Source: an uncultured Chloroflexia bacterium (GTDB taxonomy: Bacteria; Chloroflexota; Limnocylindria; Limnocylindrales; CSP1-4). From it: 64,000 bases of DNA. Below are positions 8,341-23,619 of this stretch, piece by piece. A program made the position numbers and the translations under genes. The notes below the pieces were generated by a model. It was given only the letters and a program-made list of their open reading frames with translations. It ran no database searches and was not told the DNA's origin. The stretch's first letter is position 1. Every line of letters begins with the position of its first letter. Location: positions 846,484 through 910,483 of the forward strand of contig CAVRHM010000006.1 of NCBI GenBank assembly GCA_963721015.1, given 5' to 3'.

Positions 8341-11300
8341 TCACGCCCCCCAGACGGGCGTCGCCGCGGGATCCGGTTCGTAGGCGCAGTACGTTCCCGT
8401 CCGGACCGTCCGCTCGAGGTGTCGACCGACATCCGGCGCCGACTCGACCAGCTGCGCGATGGCCAGTCGCAGCGCCTTGGTCACGGCTTGCCGGGCGCGC
8501 TCGGAGGACGAGCCGGCCGGCCGGGCCCGATCGCCCAGGCCATATGCCGCGGCGAGCTCGCGCCGGAGGGCATCGAGCTCATCCGACGCTTGCTCGGCGG
8601 CTCCTTCATCACCCGCCGCCTCGGCGGCGGCGAGATCGGCCCGGAGCTCGGTGATCCGCTCCCGGTAGGCCGCCCGAGCGGTGCCGTCGAGCGCGGCCAG
8701 GCCCGGGTCGGCATCGAGGCGCAGGCCGGCTTCGACGGCGGCTGCGGCGGTCGTCGGCCCGGCCGCGTCGGCGGCCGCATCGCTGGCCGCGAGATCGCGA
8801 ACATGGAACTCGCGACCGGGCGCCGCCAGGAGCATGGCGAGGTAGCGCATGCCCTTTCGATCGCGGACTCGGGCCGGTGGGCCGCCGGGCATCGCGACCG
8901 TCCAGATCTCGCCGTCGCGCCGGAACGTCGCGGCCGCCGGGACCGTCGGCTCGGCGATCGTGTCGACCGGCGGCGTCGGTCCGCTCGGCCGGACGGCCGC
9001 CAGGAGGGCGTCCGCATCGTCGCGGATCGCCACCAGCCCGAGCGACGCCGCCGCGGCCGACGCGGCTTCGGCGATCCGGATCGCGCCATCGATGTCGCCC
9101 TCGGCGCCACGCGCCACGAGGATGCGAGCGCGATCCACGTCCATCCGGAGGACGTGCAGGCGGGCTCCTGACCGGGTGGCCATGGCCGTAGCCCCGTCGA
9201 GCCAGGCGAGCGCCGCGTCGAACTGGCCCTCCTGGGCGGCCGCGAGCGCTAGGAACCGTGGGACCGGCTCGGCCAGGACCTCGGCGCTGGCCGTCCCGGT
9301 GAGGTGCGCATACGGCTCCAGCCAGGCCGCCACCATGCGGAGGCGCTCGCGATCGTCGACGAGGATCGCCGTCTCGACGAGGAAGCCCATCGCGTACAGC
9401 CAGCCCCCATCCCGTCCGAAGATCTTGTCGGCGTGGTCGACGAGGTCCGCGAGCTCGGCGCGCGCCCGTCCGGTCCGGCCGAGCGAGGCCATGATGAACA
9501 CGTCGACCGCCCGCATCAGCGGATAGCCACTGAACGTCGGGACCGCCCGCTGGACGTCGTCGGCGACCTCGGCCAGGCGGCCCTGCTCGCGCCGGACGGC
9601 GAAGCGCTGGATGACCAGGGTGTACGCCGCATCCCAGGTCGTCGCCTGACGGCCGAGCCGGGCGTTCGAGTCGACCGTGGCATCGGCTTCCGCGATCCGG
9701 CCCTGGGCGATCGCGAGCATCGCCTCCATCACGCCCAGGTACCAGAAGACGGGCGGCTGGCGAAGCTCCTCGGCCGCGCGACGGTAGGCCGCGTGCGTGT
9801 CGAGGAGCTCCGTCACCGAGTCGCCGACCGTGAGCAGGAGGATGAGGCGATGCCAGACGCTGTCGCCATCGCGGTCGAAGTCGCTGATCCCGCGGTAGAC
9901 GCGGTCCGCCTCGCGGTTAAGGAGCGCCATCTCGTCGACCCGGTCCGGGCCCATGATCGCGGTGAAGCGGGCGATGAGGGCGAAGTGCAGTTCGGTCTCG
10001 TCGTTGCGCCGAGCGATCTCGACCGCCTCCGCGCTGAGCGCGTCGCGCCGGCGGATGTCGGGCTCATCGCGAAGCGCACCAGAGAGGCGCGCCAGCAGCC
10101 GGATCCGAAGGCCGTCGTGGCCGTCCGGTAGGTCGGCGAGGGCCCGCTCCAGGAGCGGCACGATGCGCCGGTCGGGGCCGGCCCGGAACCACGAGAAGCG
10201 GCCGCCGTAGCCGAGTGCCGCCCGCGCCTGGACCTCGGGCAGCCCGATCCGCTGGGCCATCTCGGCCGCCTCGAGGAACACTTCCTCGGCCGCATCGCGC
10301 CGACCGGCCCGAGAGCGGGCGTCGCCGAGCGCGATGAGGAGCTCGCAGCGATCGGGCGAGTCGCCGGTCGGGAGGAGCGTCGCCGCAGCCTCGTAAAGGG
10401 CGGCGGCCTCCGCGTTGGCGTATTGCCTCGTGGCGTGCTCGGCGGCCCGCAACGTATAGGCGACGACCCGCTCGCGGTCGCCCTCGGGCAGAGCGCGTCG
10501 GAAGTGGGACGCCAGCGCCGCGAGGTAGGGCTCGATCCGGTCGGCGCGCAACGCTTCGATGGCCTGGCCCGCCGCGAGATGCAGGCTGTTCCGCTGCGAG
10601 GGGGCGATGGCCTGGTAGACGACCTCCCGGATGAGGGCGTGGCCGAAGCGCCAGCCGCCGGCCTCGCTGGTCGGTGGCGCGACCAGTCGGGCTTCGACCG
10701 CGGCGTCGAGTGGCTCGAGCGTCGTCGCCGAGGACGCGCCGAGCATGTGGGCGAGGAGGTCGACGTCGAACTCGTTGCCGAGCACGGACGCCCGGGTGAT
10801 CGCGGCTCGCGTGGCTTCGGGCATCCGGTCCAGGCGTCGGGCGATCACCGACCCGATCCCAGCCGGCACGACCGAGCGCCAGGCAGGCAGATCCGTGGCG
10901 CGCTCCAGGGCGCCCTCGGCCTGCAGCAGGCGGACGATCTCGCCGACAAAGAGCGGGTTGCCGCCCGTTTCCCGGCGCATCGCGGTCGCAAGGACCGGTG
11001 CGCGGACCCCGGCCGTGAGCTCGATGAGGCGGCCGATCTCGATCCTCGTCGAGGCCGGTCAGGTGCAGCGTCTCGGCCATCGGCAGCCGGCGCAGGTCGG
11101 CCAGGATGGCCGCCCGCGGGTCGGTCGGGTCGAGTTCGGCCTCCCGGGCCGTGCCGATGACCAGGATGGGCGCATCGACGAGGTCCATGGCCACCGCGCG
11201 CAGGAGCTGGAGGGAGATCTCGTCGGCCGCGTGCAGGTCATCGAGGACGACGACGAGCGGCCGGTCGACGGCGGCGGCGCGAAGGAACCGGGTGACCGAC

Positions 11301-11698
11301 TCGAAGACCAGGAACCGGGCTCGCTCGTCGGGCACGTGGGCGGGCCGATCGGGCGCATCGTCGCGGACCTCGGGCAGCAGCGTCGCCAGGTGCGGGCCGG
11401 CCGCGGCAAGCATGGCCGCCCGCGCCGCCGGGTCGATGTCGCGCATCGCCGCACGCAGGACGAGCAGCCAGGGGGCGAACGGCGGTGCCGCCGCGTCGTC
11501 CCACGTTCCGCCCCAGGCGACACGAGCCCCGCGCTCGCGGGCGGTCGAGGCCAGCGTGTCGGTCAGGCGGGTCTTGCCGATGCCTGGCTCACCGAGGATG
11601 AGGAGGAGGCCGCCTCGACCGGCCGCGGCCGCGGTCCAGGCCGCGTCGAACTGGGCCAGTTCGCGCTCGCGACCCAGCAACCGATCGGTGCCGATCAT
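8341..11698 (-). pseudogene. Large STAND-type AAA ATPase (AAA_16 P-loop + TPR-like region + C-terminal uncharacterised domain), broken by one extra base near 11041
   Basis: N-terminal ERELAQFDAAW...LLLILGEPGIGKTRL, Walker B VVVLDDLHAADE. The frame switches at LHLTGLDED / EIGRLIELTAGVRAPVLATAMRRETGGNPLFVGEIV. The C-terminal block is FRRDGEIWTVAM...RDRKGMRYLAMLLAAPGREFHVRDLA. No LuxR HTH seen. Confidence 0.75.
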
Positions 11699-11786
11699 GT
11701 CGGGGGCAGCGTAGCGACCGCCCGTGCGTCATTCCAGCCGCGGCTCGACGGGCGAGCCACGCAGAGCCCCGGTCAGCGACCGGCGA

Positions 11787-12038
11787 TCAGGTCCAGAAGC
11801 CCGTGCCGTAGCCGCCGACGAGGAGGACGAACGTGACCACGGCCAGGGCGACCCAGAACAGGACGGACCGGAACCGCGAGGTCGGGTTCATCTCCGTGTT
11901 GGGGTGCGTGGGCAGGCGGCCGCGCCGCAGGGTCGTGCCCCAGCGTGGAGAACGGAGCTGGTCGCGCCAGTCCTCGGGGACGACGGGTCGCGGCTCGAGG
12001 CCGCCCTCGCCGTCGGGTCGGTGCAGCTGGAGGCTCAT
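11787..12038 (-). CDS. Hypothetical small membrane protein (83 aa), coupled to prs
   Basis: ATGA overlap with the prs stop, high GC3, C-terminal TM FWVALAVVTFVLLVGGYG. Confidence 0.4.
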   Translation of the reverse strand: MSLQLHRPDGEGGLEPRPVVPEDWRDQLRSPRWGTTLRRGRLPTHPNTEMNPTSRFRSVLFWVALAVVTFVLLVGGYGTGFWT

Positions 12039-13158
12039 CGGTCCGCCGATGGTAACGCCGATGCGAGCTCGACCGGTGACGGCTCGCCGTCGTCGGCGTC
12101 GCCTCCGTCCGTCGTCGAGCCACCGGAGTTCCCGTCACCACCCTCGTCCCACAGGAGCATCTCCTGGGTGAACGAGACCTCGCTGCTGAACAGGGCACCC
12201 ACCGACTCACCACGATGGATGCGCCGGATCGCCTCGCCGATGAGCGGGGCGACGGACAGGACCGTGACCTTGGACAGGCGCTTGGCCGCGGGCAGGGGGA
12301 TCGAGTCGGTGATGACGACCTCGCGCAGCGAGCTGTCGCGGATGCGGTCGATGGCCGGGTCGGACAGGACGCCGTGGGTCGCGCAGGCGTACATCTCGGT
12401 GACGCCTTCGCGCTCCAGCGCCCGGACGACCTCGATGAGCGTGCCGCCCGTGTCGATCTCGTCGTCGACGATGATCGCCCGCCGGCCCTTGACCTCACCG
12501 ATGACGTTCATCAGCTCGGCGCGATCCAGGTTGCCGACGCGGCGCTTCTCGATGATCGCCAGCGGCGCATCGAGGATCTCGGCGAAGGCCCGGGCGCGCT
12601 TGGCGAAGCCGAGGTCGGTCACGACGACACAGTCCTCGAGCTGCTTGTCGATGAAGTAGCGCGACAGCAGGTGGACCGCCGTCAGCTCATCGACCGGGAT
12701 GTTGAAGAAGCCCTGGATCTGGCCCTGATGGAGGTCCATCGACAGGACCCGGTCCGCGCCGGCGACGGTGATCATGTCGGCGATGAGCCGGGCCGTGATC
12801 GGGACGCGCGGCTGGTCCTTCTTGTCCGAGCGACCGTACGCGTAGAACGGGATGACCGCGGTGATCCGGCCGGCCGACGCCCGCTTGAAGGCGTCGATCA
12901 TGATCAGCAGCTCCATGATCGACTGGTTGACCGGGTGCGACGTCGGCTGGACGAGGAAGACGTCCTTCTCGCGGACGTTGTCGAGGATCTTGACGAAGAT
13001 GTTCTCGTTGGCGAACTGGAACACTTCGGCCTTGCCCGGCTCCGAGCCAAGGTAGCGCGCGATCTTGCGCGCCAACTCCGGGTTGGCGTTGCCGTGGTAG
13101 ATCTCGAACTGGTCTGCGTACAAGGGTGCCGCCTCCCGCCTGCCGAAGACCATCGACG

Positions 13159-13162
<4 letters not shown>
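12035..13162 (-). CDS. prs: Ribose-phosphate pyrophosphokinase with acidic C-terminal extension
   Basis: [28 protein letters not shown] loop [18 protein letters not shown] overlap with gyrA. Confidence 0.95.
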
Positions 13163-15720
<2,558 letters not shown>

Positions 15721-15740
15721 GGTCGGCTACTCCTGCTCGG

Positions 15741-16739
15741 TCAGCGCAACGGGGGTTCGGGGTGGGAGGACGGGTCGGGGAGGCCCCCGAACCGGGCCGC
15801 CGTGGCCGCCGCGGACGACGTCGACGGGGCGCCGGGGCGCTTGCGGATGCCGCCCAGCCGGGCGCGAAGGTCGTCGGCGTCGGCCGCGTCCAGCTTGGAC
15901 AGGGCATCGCGGATGACCCACGCCCGGTGGCCGTCCCCGCCGGCCACGGCGAGCTCCGCCTCCGCCCGCAGGGCCTGCGTCACGCTGGAGCGGTCGATGG
16001 CGGCCAGCGAGCGATAGGCCCAACTGAGCGCCTTCTGGACGTCCGGCTCGGCGTCGCCCATGAGCTGGCCGAGGATCGGCAGGGCCCGGTCGACCACGGT
16101 CACGCCGAGCCGCTTGCCGCGAGGGCCGTGGGTCATCGTGGCGATCGTCGATCCGACGAGGCGTCGTTCCCAGCGGGACGGCGAATAGACCAGCAGCTCC
16201 AGCTCCGCCCAGCGGTAGGCCTCGTCGGCGATGCCCCGGGCATACGGATGGGCGAGGCTGTCGACGGTGATCCAGTCAGCGGCCTCGCGCGCGGCCCGTC
16301 GCAGGAGCTGCCAGGTCAGCTCGGTCTCATCGGCCAGCGTCCGTTCCAGCAGGCCGAAGGCGAACCAGCGCGGCTCCAGGAGCGGCTCGCGCAGGCATCG
16401 CTCGGCGAGGTCCAGCAGGGATCCGGCGGGATCGTGCCGCGTCGCACGCTTGAAGCTGCGGGCGAGGGCGGCCAGGAGCGGCCAGCGCACGCCGTAGACC
16501 GGGCCCAGACCGGGCGCCACGTGCTGCTGCCCATGGGCATAGTCGGGATCGGCCAGCTCCTCGAAGGCCCGGCGCAAGGCGGCGACGAAGTCGTCGAGAT
16601 CGCCGGCCTCGTCGGCGAGCGCCGTGCCCAGGGCGCCGGCGAGATCCCGGCGCGCCGCGACGAAGGCGACGGCGCGGGCCGTGATCACGCTGCCGGCGGG
16701 GGCGGGCTCGGCCGACTCCGGTGCCATCGTGATCATCAC
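15741..16739 (-). CDS. DNA alkylation repair (AlkD-like HEAT-repeat) family protein
   Basis: Helical repeat protein. RWFAFGLLER...DSLAHPYARG...SPSRWERRLVGSTI...DVQKALSWAYR resembles the DNA_alkylation family. Confidence 0.55.
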   Translation of the reverse strand: MMITMAPESAEPAPAGSVITARAVAFVAARRDLAGALGTALADEAGDLDDFVAALRRAFEELADPDYAHGQQHVAPGLGPVYGVRWPLLAALARSFKRATRHDPAGSLLDLAERCLREPLLEPRWFAFGLLERTLADETELTWQLLRRAAREAADWITVDSLAHPYARGIADEAYRWAELELLVYSPSRWERRLVGSTIATMTHGPRGKRLGVTVVDRALPILGQLMGDAEPDVQKALSWAYRSLAAIDRSSVTQALRAEAELAVAGGDGHRAWVIRDALSKLDAADADDLRARLGGIRKRPGAPSTSSAAATAARFGGLPDPSSHPEPPLR

Positions 16740-17215
16740 CGGGGACCGTCCGGGGCGACGACGCCATAGCGCTGCTTGAGCTGGCGCTTGCGCTCATCGT
16801 CGGCAGCGACATAGACACCCGTCGCGTGGGCCAGCTCGGCGCCGCTGGTGACGTCGACCAGGCGAGCCTCGGTGTCGACGATGCGACGCCGCGTGTTCGT
16901 GATCCACCCGTCCGCGCGGATCGGCACACCAAGCTCGACCGGTCGCCGGAACGCGATCGACATCCGGGCGGTGACGCCCCAGTTATCCTCGGCCGCCAGC
17001 GACCAGGCCATGACCTCGTCGAGGATGGTCGCGACGATGCCGCCATGGGCGATCCCATCCCAGCCCTGGAAGCGCGGCTCGAGGACGAGCTCCGTCCACG
17101 ATCGGCGTGGCTCAACGTGCAGGACGAGGCCCAGGCCATCCTCGTTGAGGGCGCCGCAGGCGAAGCAGCGGTGCGGCGCGACCTCGAAGGGCAGGACCCC
17201 GGACGCGTCGAGCAC
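16736..17215 (-). CDS. PaaI-family hotdog-fold thioesterase (start taken at GTG 17215, just after the gyrB stop)
   Basis: CFACGALNEDGLGL...GWDGIAHGGIVATILDEVMAW. The longer ORF to 17338 would overlap gyrB. Confidence 0.75.
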   Translation of the reverse strand: MLDASGVLPFEVAPHRCFACGALNEDGLGLVLHVEPRRSWTELVLEPRFQGWDGIAHGGIVATILDEVMAWSLAAEDNWGVTARMSIAFRRPVELGVPIRADGWITNTRRRIVDTEARLVDVTSGAELAHATGVYVAADDERKRQLKQRYGVVAPDGPR

Positions 17216-17222
17216 GCGCGGC

Positions 17223-19181
<1,959 letters not shown>

Positions 19182-19185
<4 letters not shown>

Positions 19186-20048
19186 GCAGTCCCTCCGGTC
19201 AGGCGCTCGTAGAGTCGCCCCAGTTCATCGTCGCTGTAGAACTCGATGACGATCCGTCCACCCTTGCGCGATCGGGCGAGGCGCACCTTCGTGCCCAGGG
19301 CCCGGCGCAGGTCCTCCTCGACCCGGTCCAGGTCAGGGTCACGGCCGGCCTTGACGGTCCCGTCGGTGACGGGCGGGCGCGGTTCGCGGAGACGACGGAC
19401 GAGCTCTTCGGTCTGGCGGACCGACAGGTCCTGGTCGATGACGCTGTCGAGCACGCGCTCCTGGTGTTCGACGGACAGGCCTCCGAGGGCTCGGGCGTGG
19501 CCCTCGGTGAGGCGCCGGTCGACGACCGCCGCCTGCACGCTCGGGGCCAGGTCCAGGAGGCGGAGCGTGTTCGCGACGGTCGAGCGCGCGCGGCCGACCC
19601 GGCCGGCGATCTGCTCGTGGGTGAACCCGAACTCGTCGATCAGGCGGCGGAAGCCGAGCGCGGCCTCGATCGGGTCGAGGTCCTCGCGCTGGAGGTTCTC
19701 GATGAGGGCGACTTCGAGCTGGGCCTGGTCGTCGAGCTGGCGGACGACGGCCGGGATGCGCTCGAGGCCGACGGTCCTGGCGGCGCGCAGCCGGCGCTCG
19801 CCGGCGACGAGCTGGTAGCCATCGACGACCTCGACGACGAGGATGGGCTGCAGGATGCCGTGCTCGCGGATGCTCGCGGCGAGGGTGGCCATCTCGGCGT
19901 CATCGAAACGGCGGCGCGGCTGCTGGGGATTGGGCCGGATCCGGTCGACCGGGATGTCCATGGTGCCGGCCTGACCGGGGGCACGTTGCGGGATGAGGGC
20001 CGATAGGCCGCGACCCAGGCTCGGCGCCCGCTCGGGTCGGACGGTCAT
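19182..20048 (-). CDS. parB: Chromosome partitioning protein ParB
   Basis: [59 protein letters not shown] overlaps at both ends. Confidence 0.95.
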
Positions 20049-20893
20049 GCCAGCACCGCCGTGGTGGCGTCGTGTGGGGCGGTGTGCGGCGTCGCCGGGG
20101 CCGGGGTGGGTGCGGGCGGCTCGAGGCGCTGGGCATGGCGGCGTCGGAACTCGTCGGCCAGGGCGGCATAGGCCTGGGCACCGCGCGACTCGGGCGCATA
20201 GGCCCGGATCGGCAGCCCGTGGCTGGGCGCCTCCGATAGGCGGACACTGCGCGGGATGACCGTTTCGTACACGAGCGATCCCAGATGGCGCCGCGCCTCC
20301 GCCGCGACCTCCGCGGACAGGTTCGTGCGGCCGTCGGCCATGGTCAGGACGACGCCGTCGGTCATGAGCCGCGGGTGGAGGTGATCACGGACGAGATCGA
20401 TGGTGGCGAGCAACTGGGTCAGACCCTCGAGTGCGTAGTACTCACATTGGAGCGGGATGAGGACCGCGTCGGCGGCGGTCAGGGCGTTCACGGTCAGGAG
20501 ACCCAGGGACGGCGGGGAGTCGATGAGGATCGTGTCGTAGCGGGGCCGAAGCCGGTCGACGAGGCGACGCACGCGACGCTCACGCGCATCGGCCGTCGCC
20601 AATTCGATCTCCGCTCCGGCGAGCGCGATCGCCGACGGGATGAGGTCTACGCCGGGGGCCGAAGTCGGGACGATGATCGGATCGACCTCGACGTCGTCGA
20701 CGATGACGTCATAGACGGATCGGTCGAGCCCGGCCCGCTCGATGCCGAGGCCGCTGGTGGCATTGCCCTGGGGGTCGAGGTCGACGACGAGGACCCGATC
20801 GCCGTGAGCCGCGAGATAGCTCGCGAGATTCACGACCGTCGTGGTCTTGCCGACGCCGCCTTTCTGGTTCGCGCAGGCGATCGCTCGGCCCAC
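20045..20893 (-). CDS. parA: Chromosome partitioning ATPase ParA/Soj
   Basis: Deviant Walker A NQKGGVGKTTT, VLVVDLDPQGNAT, IDSPPSLG. Confidence 0.95.
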   Translation of the reverse strand: MGRAIACANQKGGVGKTTTVVNLASYLAAHGDRVLVVDLDPQGNATSGLGIERAGLDRSVYDVIVDDVEVDPIIVPTSAPGVDLIPSAIALAGAEIELATADARERRVRRLVDRLRPRYDTILIDSPPSLGLLTVNALTAADAVLIPLQCEYYALEGLTQLLATIDLVRDHLHPRLMTDGVVLTMADGRTNLSAEVAAEARRHLGSLVYETVIPRSVRLSEAPSHGLPIRAYAPESRGAQAYAALADEFRRRHAQRLEPPAPTPAPATPHTAPHDATTAVLA

Positions 20894-21027
20894 TCAGTCC
20901 CCTGCTCGAACAGTGCTCACGACGTTGGATTCTACCATCGACGGGCGTTCCGCCTCGGCCGGCGGGTGCGCCCAAGCATGGCGTGGGACCATGCACCCGG
21001 ACTTCACAGCGGAGGTTCCAGACGGGT

Positions 21028-21043
21028 CGTTTCACGTGAAACA
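21028..21043. promoter_or_regulatory. parS centromere-like site cGTTTCACGTGAAACa
   Basis: The central 14 bp, GTTTCACGTGAAAC, are a perfect palindrome matching the parS consensus tGTTTCACGTGAAACa. Lies 135 bp upstream of parA in the parA/mreD divergent spacer. Confidence 0.85.
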
Positions 21044-21185
21044 CAGGCACGGGCTGTGGTCATTGCCCCATCCAGCCCTCCATGGGATACTGCGCGCTGA
21101 CGTCGCCGCCGAATCGGATCGTTGATGAGGCGCCGGGATGGTGGGCGCGCGACCTTTGGCCGCTTCGCCGAGGAAACGACCCCCC

Positions 21186-21689
21186 ATGACCCTGCTCCTT
21201 GCTGCGGTCGGCGCGGTGGTGACGGCCTTGCTAGAACTCACCATCGGTCCGTACCTTCGAATCGGCGATGCCCAGCCACAGCTCGTGCTGGTCTTCGGGA
21301 TCATCGTCACGATCGCGGTCGGGTTCGAAGCAGGATTGGTCTGGGCCTTCGTCGGGGGCCTCGCGTTGGATGTGCTGGCATCGCGACCACTCGGGTCGAC
21401 CGCGTTCGCGCTGCTCGTCTGTGTGGGCGGGGCCTCGGTCCTGGCGCGATCCTTCGCGACACTCCGGCCGATCGTCCCGATCGGCGCTGTCTTCGTCCTT
21501 AGCATCGGATACTCGATGATCCTGTACCTCACCTTCGGGGCGCTCGGGGAGCAGCCGCTGCCCATCGACGACCCCATCGCGACCGTCCTGCCCACGGCGA
21601 TCTATGACGCCGTGCTGGCCGCGCTCGTCGGCCCGCTCGCGGTCGCCGTGCACGACCGCCGCGTCGAGCAAGAGCGCGTCGACTGGTGA
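21186..21689 (+). CDS. mreD: Rod shape-determining protein MreD
   Basis: Polytopic 167-aa membrane protein. PQLVLVFGIIVTIAVGFEAGLVWAFVGGLALDVL is MreD-like. GTGA overlap with mrdA. Start chosen at the ATG at 21186. Confidence 0.65.
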   Translation: MTLLLAAVGAVVTALLELTIGPYLRIGDAQPQLVLVFGIIVTIAVGFEAGLVWAFVGGLALDVLASRPLGSTAFALLVCVGGASVLARSFATLRPIVPIGAVFVLSIGYSMILYLTFGALGEQPLPIDDPIATVLPTAIYDAVLAALVGPLAVAVHDRRVEQERVDW

Positions 21690-23591
21690 ACACCTACCTC
21701 GACGGCCGTCCCGCGGCGGCCCCGACGCGTCGGGTCTCACGATTCATCGTGTTCACGCTCGTGGTGATCCTCGGCATCGGCGGCCTGACCGCACGCCTGT
21801 TCTACCTGCAGGTCACGAACGGCACGGAGTTCTCCGCCCTCTCCACGCAGAACCGATCCGTGCTCGAGCCCATCAAGTCGCCGCGCGGGCTCATCTATGA
21901 CCGCAAGGGCCGGGTCCTGGTCACGAACGTCCCGACGTTCGCGGTCAAGCTCCGTCCGGCCGACCTCCCGAACTCCATCCGCGACGCGGTCGTGGCCCGG
22001 CTGGCCGCGCTGCTGACGATGGACCCGGCCGAGATCAATGCCGCGATCGACGGCAATCCCGGGTCCGCCTTCGACCTCGTCCGGATCGCCCAGGATGTCG
22101 ACAAGGCCACCGCCAACCTCATCGCCGAGGCCGGCTACGAGCTGCCCGGCGTCCAGGTCGACATCGAGGCGCGCCGCGAGTACACCGACGGGCCGCTCAT
22201 GTCCCAGCTCCTCGGCTACACGGGGCCGGTGTCCGCCGAGCAGCTGCCCGACCTGCGCGAGGAGGGCTACCAACCGGACGATCTCCTTGGCAAGGTCGGC
22301 CTCGAGGCGTACTACGAGGAGGAGCTCCGGGGCATCTACGGGGCCGAGCGCGTCGAGCGTGATGCCGACAGGCCGGCGGACGAAGGTCCTGCAGACCGTT
22401 CGCGATGCCGAGCCGGGCTCATCCTTGAAGCTGACCATCGACACGCAGGCGCAGCGGGACGCCGAGAAGGCCTTGAAATGGGCGATGCGCAAGATCGGTA
22501 TGAAGCGCGGCGTGGTCATCGCGATGAACCCGCAGACCGGCGAGATCCTGGCGATGGTCAGCCTGCCGACCTACGACAACAACGCGTTCTCCCGGGGCAT
22601 CTCGGCGAAGGCCTACGAGAAGCTCCTGAAGAACAAGGACAAGCCACTCATGAACCACGCCGTCCAGGCCCACTACGCGCCGGGCTCGACGTACAAGCTC
22701 GTGGCCGGTACCGGCGGGCTTGCCGACAAGGAGATCTCCGCGAGCACGCGGGTGATGACCAAGCCCTACCTGACCCTCGGCGGCACGAAGTTCTACGAGT
22801 GGAATCGCCGGGGGTGGGGACCGTGCGACATCTACTGTGGCTTCGGGCACTCGAGCGACACGTTCTTCTACCAGGTCGCCGGGATGCTCGGCGCCGATCG
22901 GCTCGGGTACTGGGCGAAGCAGTACGGCTTCGGTGAGCCGAGTGGGGTCGATCTGCCCGGAGAGGTGTCCGGCATCGTCCCGACCAATGCGTGGAAGCAG
23001 GACGCCCTCGGCGCGCCCATGTTCGCCGGCGAGACCTATCAGGCCGGCATCGGCCAGGGCTACGACGCGGTCACGCCCCTCCAGCTCATCAACGCCTATG
23101 CCGCGCTGGCCAACGGCGGGACGCTCTACCAGCCGCAGGTCGTCCGCGAGGTCATCGGCCCGGACGGGACGGTCACCCGACCCTTCGAGAAGAAGGTCCT
23201 CCACAAGCTCAAGGTCAAGAAGAGCGTCCTGCGGACGATGCGCTGGGCGGCCCGCGAGACCGTGACGCTCCGCCACACCTACAACCTCGTCGACCTGCCG
23301 ATCAAGATCGCCGGCAAGTCCGGCACGGCCGAGTTCGGGACGCCCGACCGCAAGGGCCGCCTGCCGTACTCGTCGTTCTTCGTGGGGTTCGTCGGCAAGG
23401 ACCCGTACAAGGCGAACTTCGACAAGGCCGACTCGCGGCTGGTCGTGATGGCCTTCGCCCACGACTCCCGGACCGTGGGCAACGCCGCGACCGAGATCGT
23501 CAAGTACTTCTTCCAGCTCCACTTCGACATCAAGAAGGATTACCGTCTGCCCGAGAACCTCGAGCGGGGCAACTTCTACTCGAACGACTGA
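21686..23591 (+). CDS. mrdA: Penicillin-binding protein 2 (elongasome transpeptidase), frame broken by an extra A at 22370
   Basis: RLFYLQV...PRGLIYDRKGRVLV...GAERVERDAD, then the next frame GRRTKVLQTVRDAEPGSSLKLTID..., SxxK as PGSTYK, SxN as HSSD(T), KSG as KSGTAEF. Confidence 0.9.
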
Positions 23592-23619
23592 TGACGACTG
23601 ACGAGCTCCGAGGCCGACC

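Noticed and set aside
20894-21185. Calling the parA-mreD spacer the replication origin.
   Set aside because: It contains a perfect parS but only one weak DnaA-box-like 9-mer (TGTGGTCAT). There is no AT-rich unwinding element, and no dnaA or dnaN lies nearby.
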